DNA of 32,000 nucleotides. It comes from Candidatus Nanohalobium constans. GTDB lineage: Archaea; Nanohalarchaeota; Nanosalinia; Nanosalinales; Nanosalinaceae. The notes under the pieces were generated by a model. That model did not search any database, was not told where the DNA came from, and saw only the letters and a program-made list of their open reading frames with translations. Location: NCBI RefSeq assembly GCF_009617975.1, contig NZ_CP040089.1:870001-902000 (forward strand), in the 5' to 3' direction. Position numbers and translations under genes: made by a program. Of the stretch, positions 21,637 to 29,882 are shown one piece after another (position 1 is the first letter of the stretch; the number at the start of each line of letters is the position of its first letter).

Positions 21637-21731
21637 CTAACGGCGGAGGTTTTGAAGGAAGGGAAAAACTACTGTTTTAGAAAGGGTGAAGAGATAAGAA
21701 GGAGTTAAGGAATGGAATAGAGAGGAGTTTC

Positions 21732-23117
21732 TTATTCGATGAAGTTTTTCATTGCTGGGTGGAGTTCTTCCATGTGTTTCTGTGCTAGTTCTTCGTACAT
21801 CTTGTAGATTATCATGACTGTTAGTAGGATTCCTGTTCCTCCTCCTGCTGCGTTAAGCATGTTGGATAGTGATGCTAGTGCTCCGATTGTTGCTCCGGAT
21901 AGGACTGTTAGTCCTGGGATGTATCGGTTGAGGACTTTTTTGATGACTCTCTTGTCTTTTCTGAATCCTGGTACTTTCATGCCTGTGGCTTGTATCTGGT
22001 CTGCTACGCTGTCTGCGTCTTGTCCACTGGTTTTCATCCAGAAGATTGAGAATACTATGCTTCCTAGGATGTAGACCAGCAGGTAGAATAGGACGTGGGT
22101 TATGCTTCCAGTTCCTATCATTGTTACTGTACCTTGTAGTGCCGAGTCTATGAATCCTGTCGGTGCTTGTAGCCATGCAATGAACCCTGAGGATGCTTGT
22201 CCTCCGCTGACGCAGCCTAGGATGCTGCATCCGTTTTGTCCTGCCAGTGTGGTTCCTATGATTTGGAAGTTTGTGACTAATGCGGATACTAGGATTACTG
22301 GCATGACTGATGTGTAAAGGAATTTTAACGGCCATTTTTGTCCGAATCCTCTGACGTCGCCAAATGTCAATGGTATTTCGACTCTCATGGCTTGTAGGTA
22401 TACTACTACGCCGAAGACGGCCAGGGTTGCTAGTATTGGTACTAGTGCTGTGAAGTCTCCTCCGCTTGCTACGAATTTAGGGAATGCTCCTGCTGCTGAG
22501 CTGGATAATCCGACGAAGTTTCCTGTTCCGTCGAGTGCAGAGATTGATGCTATGTATATTGCTTTGGATACTCCTGCTGCGATGAACAGTCCAGTTCCTG
22601 ATCCGAATCCCCATTTCTGGATTAGGTCGTCCATTAGGATGATGAGGATTCCTCCAAGTGCGATTTGTCCGGATAGCAGTGCGAATACTGCTGGGTCGCT
22701 TATATTTCCGAATGTTCCTGCTGCTACGTAGCCGACTGCTTCTATTATGGAGAGTCCGTAGGCTAGGACTTTTTGTGCTGCCTGGAATTTTTCTTTTCCT
22801 TCTTGTGTATTGGTATTCCAGCTGACTATCTCCGATCCTACAACCATCTGCAGGACTATGGAGGATGTGACTATAGGTCCGATTCCTAGTGTAATTATTG
22901 ATCCTATCTGTGCTCCTAGAAGCGTCTGAAATGTCTGTAGTTGTTGTAGTGCTTGCTCTACTGCTGCGGAGTTTGCTCCGAACAGGTCAATTGAGCCTAG
23001 CGTATAGTATAATAGAAGTACTACACCTGTCCAGGTAAGCATCTCTTTCAGTGACTGTTCTTTCTCGGGTTCTCTTATGCTTGGTAAGTATTGTGCTGCC
23101 TGAACAATTGCTGACAT
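21732..23117 (-). CDS. secY: Preprotein translocase subunit SecY
   Basis: 461 aa with about 10 TM segments. Typical motifs are present (GIGPIVTSSIVLQM, GFGSGTGLFIAAGV, IPGFRKDKR-like VPGFRKDKRVIKKVLNRYIP). It follows L15 as in all archaea, and GAGGTAATC SD lies 8 nt upstream. Confidence 0.9.
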   Translation of the reverse strand: MSAIVQAAQYLPSIREPEKEQSLKEMLTWTGVVLLLYYTLGSIDLFGANSAAVEQALQQLQTFQTLLGAQIGSIITLGIGPIVTSSIVLQMVVGSEIVSWNTNTQEGKEKFQAAQKVLAYGLSIIEAVGYVAAGTFGNISDPAVFALLSGQIALGGILIILMDDLIQKWGFGSGTGLFIAAGVSKAIYIASISALDGTGNFVGLSSSAAGAFPKFVASGGDFTALVPILATLAVFGVVVYLQAMRVEIPLTFGDVRGFGQKWPLKFLYTSVMPVILVSALVTNFQIIGTTLAGQNGCSILGCVSGGQASSGFIAWLQAPTGFIDSALQGTVTMIGTGSITHVLFYLLVYILGSIVFSIFWMKTSGQDADSVADQIQATGMKVPGFRKDKRVIKKVLNRYIPGLTVLSGATIGALASLSNMLNAAGGGTGILLTVMIIYKMYEELAQKHMEELHPAMKNFIE

Positions 23118-23176
23118 ATTATTTGATTACCTCGGATCAAAAAGTTGGTAAATGACAATTGGGGAAGGACGGTTTT

Positions 23177-23599
23177 TTATTCTTCTACTGCTTCGCCGTC
23201 GCTTTCCGCAATTTTGTCTTCTGCTGATTGGGAGAACTCTTCGCTGTGGATTTCTATGCTTGTTCTGAGTTGTCCTCCGCCAAGTACTTTGTCGTATCCT
23301 GCTTCTTCTGCGTGGAATACGTAACCGTTTTCTGTTTCTTCTGCTGCTCCTTGTTCTACGAATTCCTCGATTCTTTGGTCGATGTCTCGCAGGTTGATGC
23401 CGTCCTGATCAGGTTGTCGGGAGTTGAATCCTTTCTCTCCTAGTTCTTGGACGCCGTCTTCTGTCATTCTCTGGCTTTGTCCTTTCTTACCGCTTCCTGC
23501 GTTACCTCTTCCACCACGGCTTCCTGCTCCACGATTTTTCTTGGAGCTTCCGTATCCGTTGCTTCCTGACTTGTTCTTCTTTGATCTTCTTTTAGTCAT
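23177..23599 (-). CDS. rpl15: 50S ribosomal protein L15 (uL15)
   Basis: The N-terminus is G/R/K-rich (KRRSKKNKSGSNGYGSSKKNRGAGSRGGRGNAGSGKKG) and the C-terminus reads YDKVLGGGQL. The track ORF starts at a GTG (23608). I prefer the ATG at 23597-23599, which has AAGGTG 9 nt upstream. Confidence 0.85.
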   Translation of the reverse strand: MTKRRSKKNKSGSNGYGSSKKNRGAGSRGGRGNAGSGKKGQSQRMTEDGVQELGEKGFNSRQPDQDGINLRDIDQRIEEFVEQGAAEETENGYVFHAEEAGYDKVLGGGQLRTSIEIHSEEFSQSAEDKIAESDGEAVEE

Positions 23600-23611
23600 T
23601 TGTTGCACACC

Positions 23612-23944
23612 TTAATTCATTTTCTTCAACAGGGATTCCATGTCGTCTCTATTTCCAAGACTACCTCCCTGATGGTACTGTCTTTTCGTGCTTTTGAATC
23701 CTCCGCTTGGAGGTGAAAGACTTACTGTCTCTCCTACTTCGCCTATTTCTTCTGCGAAGTCATCGCTGACTTCTCCGTAAGCGATGTAGTCTTTGGCTTG
23801 CTGCATGTTGCCTTTGTTGGAGTCCGTGTCTTCCATTACTCGTGCCTGATTCTTTTTCTCTAGACCTAAAGTTTGTAGGGTTTTCTTCACTTTCTGGTTG
23901 GCGTCGATGCTGCCTCTTACTTTTACTGCTACTAGCTTGCTCAT
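23612..23944 (-). CDS. rpl30: 50S ribosomal protein L30 (uL30)
   Basis: LVAVKVRGSIDANQKVKKTLQTLGLEKKNQARV is the uL30 core. It sits between S5 and L15, with an ATGA overlap to S5. Confidence 0.8.
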   Translation of the reverse strand: MSKLVAVKVRGSIDANQKVKKTLQTLGLEKKNQARVMEDTDSNKGNMQQAKDYIAYGEVSDDFAEEIGEVGETVSLSPPSGGFKSTKRQYHQGGSLGNRDDMESLLKKMN

Positions 23945-24606
23945 TCTTGATCACTTCTCTGGTATTTCTTGATTTTCTTGAGTGCGTTGAATGTTGCCTG
24001 AATCAGGTTTTCACGGGTTCTTGTTGTTCCTCTGCTCTTTACCCATGCGTTCTTGATACCGGCTAGCTTCAGAATCTTCTTGACTTCGTCGCTTGCTGCT
24101 AGTCCTGTTCCTCTTGGTGCTGGCTTGACTTCAACTGTGACACTTCCTGACTTGCCTTCTACGGCTAGTGGGATTGATGTGTCGTTATTTCCTTGGTCTT
24201 CCCAGCTTCCGTTTCCTCTTGGAACCTCTATCAAGTTGAGTTTGGCTTTTCTATTGGCGTCGTCGATTGCTGCTCTTGTATCGTCTGACTCGCCCATTCC
24301 GATGCCGATTACTCCGTTCTTATTTCCGAGGATTGTCATGGCTTTACTGTTGTATCGTGCGCCGGATTTGTGCATCCGTGCTGTACGCTTGGAGACTGTT
24401 CTTCTTTTGCCTCCTCCTTTTCCTGGTGTTCCTCCGATAAGTACTACTTCTTCTTGGAGGTCTGCGAGTTGGTCGACGATTTCTGGCTCCATGATTTTCT
24501 TACCGCTGTGGAGTGCTTCTCTGATATCTGTTACTTGTCCGTTTGCGACCATTTCTCCAAGCTCTGTTTTTGGAGTCCAGATTTCTTCTGTTTCTTGTTC
24601 TGCCAT
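23941..24606 (-). CDS. rps5: 30S ribosomal protein S5 (uS5)
   Basis: WTPKTELGEMV..G.......AL.....I.EPEIVD.L...QEEVV......GKGGGKRR....ILGNKNGVIGIGMGES.D...AI..A..KAKLNLIEV are typical uS5 motifs. Confidence 0.9.
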   Translation of the reverse strand: MAEQETEEIWTPKTELGEMVANGQVTDIREALHSGKKIMEPEIVDQLADLQEEVVLIGGTPGKGGGKRRTVSKRTARMHKSGARYNSKAMTILGNKNGVIGIGMGESDDTRAAIDDANRKAKLNLIEVPRGNGSWEDQGNNDTSIPLAVEGKSGSVTVEVKPAPRGTGLAASDEVKKILKLAGIKNAWVKSRGTTRTRENLIQATFNALKKIKKYQRSDQE

Positions 24607-25115
24607 TAGTTAAAATCACCTCTGATGTTTTCTTTGACTTCTTCTACGCTGGAAGGAACATCGATGTCTTTCATTTCTTTGATGTGTTCTCCTTTCATTC
24701 TTCCTTCTTCTGGTAGTGCTTCTTCGCCGACTGGTACTTCCATTCCTGCGTCGTTCATTCCTTGGACTGCTGCGAATACTCTTCCGCCGTCTTTCTTTTC
24801 TCTTAGTCCTAGGTCTAGTACTGCTTCGTCTGCATCTGCTTTCATTCCTGCGAGGAATCCTGTAAGATATGCTGCCGGAAGGTTTCCTGTGTGGTGTTCC
24901 CAGCCGTATTCTCCTAGCTGCTTGCTGATTGTTTGAGCAGTGTTCTTGTCTCCTTCTGTTTCGAAGTGTGCAAGGTGTACTCTTGTGTGCTGGTTACTGG
25001 TTCTTACTACTGCTCTTGGTTTTCCTGACTTCAACAGCTTTCTTCTCTGCTGATAGTCTGTCTGCTGTTTTCTTCTTCTCTTGTGTGGTACTCGTTCGTT
25101 TATGTCTTCTGCCAT
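24606..25115 (-). CDS. rpl18: 50S ribosomal protein L18 (uL18)
   Basis: RRRKQQTDYQQRRKLLKSGKPRAVVRTSNQHTRVHL and NLPAAYLTGFLAG are typical of archaeal L18/L5e. Confidence 0.9.
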   Translation of the reverse strand: MAEDINERVPHKRRRKQQTDYQQRRKLLKSGKPRAVVRTSNQHTRVHLAHFETEGDKNTAQTISKQLGEYGWEHHTGNLPAAYLTGFLAGMKADADEAVLDLGLREKKDGGRVFAAVQGMNDAGMEVPVGEEALPEEGRMKGEHIKEMKDIDVPSSVEEVKENIRGDFN

Positions 25116-25122
25116 TTTTTGA

Positions 25123-25563
25123 TCACTCGAGTTTGTTTGCTACATGGTTTTCTAGGTGTTTTGTGTCTCTGAAGAATCCTCCCTTACTCATATCGTATAG
25201 TTCACGATACTGTTCGGAAGTTACTTCTCCTTCTTCTTTCATCTCTTTGAGTCTTTCACGAATGGCTCTGATCTTTTCCATCCATTTCTTCTTGTCGCTT
25301 TTCCGAGCGCCTTTCTTTCCTTTTCTGCTTCCCTGGCCTTTTCTTCGTCCTTTCTTTTTCTGCTTCTTGATGTGCTTGGCTCGACCCTTTGAGGTTCCTT
25401 TCTCATCTTTCTTCTGGATTGCTCCGCCTTCAATCAAGTTTCTGATATCGTTTCTTGTGATTGCTTCGTCAACTTTTTCCTGTTCGTCAGGGTCAATCCA
25501 GACACGGTCTTTTCCTACATCCATGATGTCGCTTGCCATTCTTTTCTGAGTCTTCAGATCCAT
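25123..25563 (-). CDS. rpl19e: 50S ribosomal protein L19e
   Basis: DLKTQKRMASDIMDVGKDRVWIDPDE......AITRNDIRNLIEGGAI....KGTSKGRAK is the eL19 signature. Confidence 0.9.
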   Translation of the reverse strand: MDLKTQKRMASDIMDVGKDRVWIDPDEQEKVDEAITRNDIRNLIEGGAIQKKDEKGTSKGRAKHIKKQKKKGRRKGQGSRKGKKGARKSDKKKWMEKIRAIRERLKEMKEEGEVTSEQYRELYDMSKGGFFRDTKHLENHVANKLE

Positions 25564-25905
25564 CTATTGGTCACCTCTGTTGAGGACTTTGATATCCTCG
25601 TTGTCTGCTTTTTCTAGTATATCTGCTTTTTTCCGTCCACCGACTGTTCCACCGATTCTTGCTGCTTCTTCTTCAGGATTGATCTGTTCTAGGTCGTCTG
25701 TGTTATGTACCATTACTTCGTCGTATCCGGAAGGATGTTTTCCTCTGATTTCTTTATCTGTCCGGTATCCGACTTTCGGTTTGGCGACTGCTCCTTTTTC
25801 TTCTAGTCTTACTCTTGAGTGTCCGCCTACCGGGTTTCTCCAGGATTTTCCTGAAAGTTTGCCGGCCTTGTGTTTATCTTGTCTTTTGAATTTGTCGCTG
25901 CTCAT
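25564..25905 (-). CDS. rpl32e: 50S ribosomal protein L32e
   Basis: FKRQDKHKAGKLSGKSWRNPVGGHSRVRLEEKG...KVGYRTDKEIRGKHPSGYDEVMVHN is the eL32 signature. Confidence 0.9.
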   Translation of the reverse strand: MSSDKFKRQDKHKAGKLSGKSWRNPVGGHSRVRLEEKGAVAKPKVGYRTDKEIRGKHPSGYDEVMVHNTDDLEQINPEEEAARIGGTVGGRKKADILEKADNEDIKVLNRGDQ

Positions 25906-26429
25906 TGTTCTTCACCTTTGCTTGTGATGTAGACGCCGTCTTGGAATGTTCTTGGGTCTCTGTCTCCTTTGTGGCAGATCTGTTCGATCCGTGCTGCTGT
26001 CTGGCTTACTGCGTCTTTGTCTGCTCCTCGAAGTGTTAGGTCTTCGCCGTCTACTTCTACTGTTACTCCTTCCATGATGTCTACTGTACGCGGGTTTCTC
26101 TCCCCCATGAAGTTCTCAATCGCTACCTGTTCTCCTTCCTGCTTGATTGTCATTGGGAAGTGCGCGTATACGCCTTTCATCTTGTAGACATGCTCGTCTT
26201 GAAGTCCTTCGATCATGTTTTCTACATGGCTTTTGAATGTGCTGAGGATACTTTTGATATCCTTTTTAGTGCTTGGAGTGCTGAATTCAACTTCTTGTCC
26301 GTCGATTTCTACATCTACTAGTGCATGCTCCATTTTCTTGCTGACTTCACTGCCGTTTGACAGAGTGAATACTCCATCGTCGTAGCTTGGTGTGAAGTCT
26401 TCCGGTATTTCAACTGTAACTGATTCCAT
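25902..26429 (-). CDS. rpl6: 50S ribosomal protein L6 (uL6)
   Basis: 175 aa with the two-domain uL6 pattern (YKMKGVYAHFPMTI...VAIENFMGERNPR...V.GADKDAVSQTAARIEQ). It sits between S8 and L32e. Confidence 0.9.
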   Translation of the reverse strand: MESVTVEIPEDFTPSYDDGVFTLSNGSEVSKKMEHALVDVEIDGQEVEFSTPSTKKDIKSILSTFKSHVENMIEGLQDEHVYKMKGVYAHFPMTIKQEGEQVAIENFMGERNPRTVDIMEGVTVEVDGEDLTLRGADKDAVSQTAARIEQICHKGDRDPRTFQDGVYITSKGEEQ

Positions 26430-26440
26430 TTTTGGTTCAC

Positions 26441-26830
26441 CTAGTAGACATAGCCGAGTAGTTTTCCTCCAAGGTTTTCGTCTTGGGCTTCTTCATGTGT
26501 CATGATACCGTGGCTTGTGGTGACGATTAAATCGCCGAATCCTTGTGCCGGCAGGTATCGTTTAGCCCATTTGTCGAACTCGTCGTTCTGGACGGAGAAG
26601 TTTGGCTTAACTGGCTGACATTCATTTACTTCGTCTGTTACTTCTATCTTGAATTTGCCGCCTTGTCCGTCTTCTACGAGTTCAAATACGCCGATGTATC
26701 CTTTCTGCTGTAACTGGATCAGTACATTTTTCAGCAGGTTGCTGGTCGGTGATACTGTAGCATAGTCTTTTCCGTTTCTTGCTGCGTTGTTGATTGCGCT
26801 TAGTGCGTCGCTCAGTGTGTCATGCTTCAT
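26441..26830 (-). CDS. rps8: 30S ribosomal protein S8 (uS8)
   Basis: DTLSDALSAINNAARNGK at the N-terminus and IVTTSHGIMTHEEA...LGGKLLGYVY at the C-terminus identify uS8. Confidence 0.9.
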   Translation of the reverse strand: MKHDTLSDALSAINNAARNGKDYATVSPTSNLLKNVLIQLQQKGYIGVFELVEDGQGGKFKIEVTDEVNECQPVKPNFSVQNDEFDKWAKRYLPAQGFGDLIVTTSHGIMTHEEAQDENLGGKLLGYVY

Positions 26831-26844
26831 CTCTTAATCAATCC

Positions 26845-27069
26845 TCATTTCAACTGTTTGAATCCGATTTTGTCGGCGATTTCTCTGAAGCATTGTCGGC
26901 AGTAGTTCAGTTCGTATTTGCTGATTACTCCTCTTCCTGTTCTGCCGCATCTTCTGCATTCTTTCTTGGCTTTTCCGTAGTCTCTTTCTTTAGGCGAGTT
27001 GTTCTTCTCGAATTTCTTTCTCTTGCCTTCTTTGTGTTTGATCTGGTTCAGTACTTTCTCGTAGCTCAT
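26845..27069 (-). CDS. rps14: 30S ribosomal protein S14 (uS14), zinc-binding type
   Basis: [35 protein letters not shown] gives a CxxC...CxxC zinc ribbon. It sits between L5 and S8. At 74 aa the N-terminus is somewhat longer than the 50-60 aa forms I recall. Confidence 0.85.
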   Translation of the reverse strand: MSYEKVLNQIKHKEGKRKKFEKNNSPKERDYGKAKKECRRCGRTGRGVISKYELNYCRQCFREIADKIGFKQLK

Positions 27070-27597
27070 TTATTGGCTCACCTCAATTTCCAGGTTTTCT
27101 TCGATGAATTCCTTGGCTTCTTCGTCGCTTACTTTGTGGTCGTCGCCGATTTCGGATGGTTTGTAGTCCCTTTTCTTTACTCGGTATCCTGGTCTTTCGA
27201 GTACTACTATTACTTGGAATCCTTTCATGCCGATGTCTGCGTCGTAGTCAAGTCCTGGTACATCGATGTATTCTGAAACTCCGAATGAGAAGTTTCCGTT
27301 TCCGTCGAATGCTGAGTCCTTAATCTGGTCTACTGCTGGCGCTACTTTGTTGAGGAGTTCTTCTGCGTCTTCTCCTCTAATTGTTGTCATTGCTCCGATG
27401 TTTAGACCGCTTCTTAGTCCGAATGTCTTTGCTGAGTCGTTGCTCTCTGTTCTGACAGGTGTTTTTCCTGTTAGTTTTTCGATTAGGTCGTGTGCTTTTT
27501 CTACTCCGTCGCCGACCTGTCCTTCCCCAATGTTTACTATTACTTTGGAGATTTCGATTTCTTTCATTGGGTTTTGCTCTGTTTCTTGTTCTGTCAT
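27070..27597 (-). CDS. rpl5: 50S ribosomal protein L5 (uL5)
   Basis: MKEIEISKVIVNIGEGQ......KA..L.E.LTG.TPV.T.....A.TFGLR.G..IG...T.RGE.A are uL5 motifs. Operon order supports the call. Confidence 0.9.
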   Translation of the reverse strand: MTEQETEQNPMKEIEISKVIVNIGEGQVGDGVEKAHDLIEKLTGKTPVRTESNDSAKTFGLRSGLNIGAMTTIRGEDAEELLNKVAPAVDQIKDSAFDGNGNFSFGVSEYIDVPGLDYDADIGMKGFQVIVVLERPGYRVKKRDYKPSEIGDDHKVSDEEAKEFIEENLEIEVSQ

Positions 27598-28259
27598 TAT
27601 TCTGTCACCTCTAGGTCGCCTGTTGCGACTAGGTTTTCTAGTTTGGTTTCGAACTCTCTTCCGTTTTCACTGACTGTTCCTGTGTCTGGGTTCATTCCTC
27701 TTTGGTTGATTTCTTCGAGTTCTGCTGTTTCTCCTGCGTGCTGTCCGGAGAATACGATTACTTCTGCGCCTTCTTCCAGTTTGACTTCCTCTACTTTTCC
27801 ATCTTCTTGGAAGATCAGTGTGCTTCCTGTCTGGAAGTTGTCTGTGCTTGTGTGGTTTTCTCCGTTGTGAAGTTGGTAGACATTGTCGCTTCCTTCTGCT
27901 TTCTTGCCTACGATTTTTGCTGCTTTTCTTGTGTCTTCTGTGTTGATGAAGTCTAGGTTTCTTCCGTCTCTAAGTACTCTGAAGCTTTCCTCTGCTTTCG
28001 GTAGTTCTACTGTGTCTAGTACTCCAAGTCCTTGTTTGACATCTCGAAGTTCTTCTCCGTTTCTGAGGATGTCTCCTTGTTTTACTATTTTCTTTGCTTC
28101 TTTGTCTGTTTCTGCGTACCCTGTGACATCTCTGAGGAATACATTTGCAGGGATTGCATCTTCCTTGCTTCTGCTTCCTTTGACTGTTGAGATGTATGTG
28201 TTCTCCTTTCTGGAGATAGGGTAGTGTTTAGGTGCTGAAAGTCTTTTCTGATGTGTCAT
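27597..28259 (-). CDS. rps4e: 30S ribosomal protein S4e
   Basis: THQKRLSAPKHYPISRKENTYI is the eS4 N-terminus, followed by S4 and KOW-like regions. Operon order supports the call. Confidence 0.9.
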   Translation of the reverse strand: MTHQKRLSAPKHYPISRKENTYISTVKGSRSKEDAIPANVFLRDVTGYAETDKEAKKIVKQGDILRNGEELRDVKQGLGVLDTVELPKAEESFRVLRDGRNLDFINTEDTRKAAKIVGKKAEGSDNVYQLHNGENHTSTDNFQTGSTLIFQEDGKVEEVKLEEGAEVIVFSGQHAGETAELEEINQRGMNPDTGTVSENGREFETKLENLVATGDLEVTE

Positions 28260-28265
28260 AACTCT

Positions 28266-29048
28266 TTACTCCTCCTTCTGATTCTCTAGGTATTCGATCA
28301 TGGTTTTACGGTCTTTTCCAGCCTTCTCTGCTTCAATAAGTGCGTCGAAGTCCGGGTTTTCCATTTCTGAGATACTGTCTTTGACTTCATCCATAGTGCC
28401 GTCTACTAGCTCATCGTGACCTGTCTCGGAACTTTCTTCTGAAGGCTCGCTTTCTGAGGAGCCTTCTTGAGAAGACTTGTCTTCTTGCTGTGCTTCCTTG
28501 GCTTTCTCTTTGATTTCTTCCATGTCTTCTTCGTCAATATCCATGTCACTCATGTCTGGCTGTTGTCCGCCGCCTTGCATCTGCTGCATCATTTCGTTTT
28601 CTTCTTCCTGGCTTAGGACTTCTTCTACTTCTTCTTCGTCTACCTGAATCTCTTCACTGTCTTCAACATCGTATTTCTCAATTCTTTCGATGTTTTCCAG
28701 GTTGAGTGCCTGGATCTGTAGGTTGGAAGGCTTGAAAGGTACTTGGCTTGTGCTTCCGTCCTGTCTTTCTACTTCTAGACCGTTGATGTATACTTTCTGA
28801 TTCTCTCTGTCGATGTTTGAGATGATTCCACTTGAACCACTAAAGTCGCCTCTTGCGACTTCTACACGATCTCCAAGGTTAAGTTGGAGACTTCGCGTAT
28901 CCAGTTGGTCTCTTAGTTCGTGTGAGAGGTTTGCTGATACTAGGTTGTCTTTGACATGTTGTGGAGCGTTTGTCCTGTACTTTCTCTGTTTCTGCGGATC
29001 TGTGCTTGATTTCCAACTTTTGCTCCAGTTCTGTGTTTGATCTACCAT
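28266..29048 (-). CDS. rpl24: 50S ribosomal protein L24 (uL24) fused to a C-terminal extension of about 140 aa (acidic linker plus a small helical module)
   Basis: The N-terminal 120 aa or so carry the uL24 KOW core (LNLGDRVEVARGDFSGSSGIISNIDRENQKVYINGLEVERQDGS). This is followed by DVEDSEEIQVDEEEVEEV...QGGGQQPDMSDMDIDEEDMEE... and then the terminal MDEVKDSISEMENPDFDALIEAEKAGKDRKTMIEYLENQKEE. Confidence 0.85.
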   Translation of the reverse strand: MVDQTQNWSKSWKSSTDPQKQRKYRTNAPQHVKDNLVSANLSHELRDQLDTRSLQLNLGDRVEVARGDFSGSSGIISNIDRENQKVYINGLEVERQDGSTSQVPFKPSNLQIQALNLENIERIEKYDVEDSEEIQVDEEEVEEVLSQEEENEMMQQMQGGGQQPDMSDMDIDEEDMEEIKEKAKEAQQEDKSSQEGSSESEPSEESSETGHDELVDGTMDEVKDSISEMENPDFDALIEAEKAGKDRKTMIEYLENQKEE

Positions 29049-29060
29049 TTCTTATTACCT

Positions 29061-29462
29061 CTATACAACCTTTGATGCAATTTTTCCGATCGGAGAGAAT
29101 CTTTGAACTACTTCTTTTGCGATCGGTCCTTTCGTCACATTTCCTTTTGGCAACATTGTTTCCTCTTCGATGAGGACTGCTGCGTTGTCTTCGAATTTTA
29201 CACTGAGACCGTTTGGTCTTTGGAATTCTTTTGCCTGTCTTACGACTACTGCGTCGAAAACCTGGTGTTTGACTTCCTGGTCTCCTCTTAGTATTTTTAC
29301 TTTGACGATGTCGCCGACTCCTGCACTTTCTCGGCGGCTTCTTCTTCCTTTCCGGCTTTTAACGCCGATAATCTTCAGTTCTTTTGCTCCAGAGTTATCT
29401 GCACATGTAAGCTCTGCTCCGAGGTCAAGAGTTCTTGTAATGTTAGATCCTAGTGGCTTCAT
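29061..29462 (-). CDS. rpl14: 50S ribosomal protein L14 (uL14)
   Basis: LTCADNSGAKELKIIGV....GRRSR...AGVGDIVKV and the C-terminal IAKEVV..F..I are uL14 motifs. Confidence 0.9.
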   Translation of the reverse strand: MKPLGSNITRTLDLGAELTCADNSGAKELKIIGVKSRKGRRSRRESAGVGDIVKVKILRGDQEVKHQVFDAVVVRQAKEFQRPNGLSVKFEDNAAVLIEEETMLPKGNVTKGPIAKEVVQRFSPIGKIASKVV

Positions 29463-29465
29463 AAT

Positions 29466-29747
29466 TTATTCCTCTCCTTCTTGCTCTTCATCTTCGATTT
29501 TCTCCATTACTACATGGCTTTTAGTCTTAGAGATCGGTCGTGTCTCGCCAACTTTGACCGTGTCTCCTTCTTCCAGTTCCATATCTTCAGGCACATGGAC
29601 TGTTATCTTTGTGTTTCTTCTTTCTTTTCTCTCGTATTTTGGGATTTCTTGGGTGTGCTCCCATCTTACAGTGGCAGATTTCTGCATCTTGTTGGAGATG
29701 ACTCTGCCTGTAAAGACTCCTCCTCGTACTTCGTATTCTTGACTCAT
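29466..29747 (-). CDS. rps17: 30S ribosomal protein S17 (uS17)
   Basis: FTGRVISNKMQKSATVRWEHTQEIPKYERKERRNTKITVHVPEDMELEEGDTVKVGETRPISKTKSHVV is the uS17 OB fold. GAGGTGA SD lies upstream. Confidence 0.9.
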   Translation of the reverse strand: MSQEYEVRGGVFTGRVISNKMQKSATVRWEHTQEIPKYERKERRNTKITVHVPEDMELEEGDTVKVGETRPISKTKSHVVMEKIEDEEQEGEE

Positions 29748-29785
29748 TATTGTTTTTTCACCTCAAATAGTTTCCCTGCAGCATA

Positions 29786-29882
29786 CAGATTTAGAAATCC
29801 GACTCAAGCACTGGTACAAGCGATTTTGCCAGTAAAGTCGAATCCCTATCTGCAGTCTCGCCCCGAAAGGCGACTTTCAGCA
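29786..29882 (-). ncRNA. Candidate structured RNA element (operon leader or small ncRNA) in the 203-nt spacer between rnp1 and rps17
   Basis: Hand-folded on the transcribed strand. A long interrupted hairpin (plus-strand 29786-29852) has three helices: CAGAT/ATCTG (5 bp), GATTCGAC/GTCGGATT (8 bp including two G-U pairs) and TACTGG/CCAGTG (6 bp including one U-G pair), with a 14-nt loop. Just upstream on the mRNA, at plus-strand 29850-29882 and overlapping its base, is a second hairpin: CTGC/GCAG plus TCGCC/GGCGA around the loop TTTCGG. The only ORF here is 34 aa, with no resemblance to L29 or any family I know. Confidence 0.35.

Noticed and set aside
20832-22335. Same-strand alternate-frame ORFs of 144 aa (20832-21266) and 160 aa (21853-22335) within the DUF106-like gene and secY
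   Set aside because: They are R/H/N/T/Q-rich low-complexity products without independent initiation signals. They lie inside genes whose primary frames encode conserved membrane proteins.
24053-25549. Long plus-strand ORFs (186, 103 and 206 aa) antisense to rps5, rpl18 and rpl19e
   Set aside because: These are classic antisense shadows of K/E/R-rich r-protein genes (F/L/S-rich translations) with no promoter or SD support.
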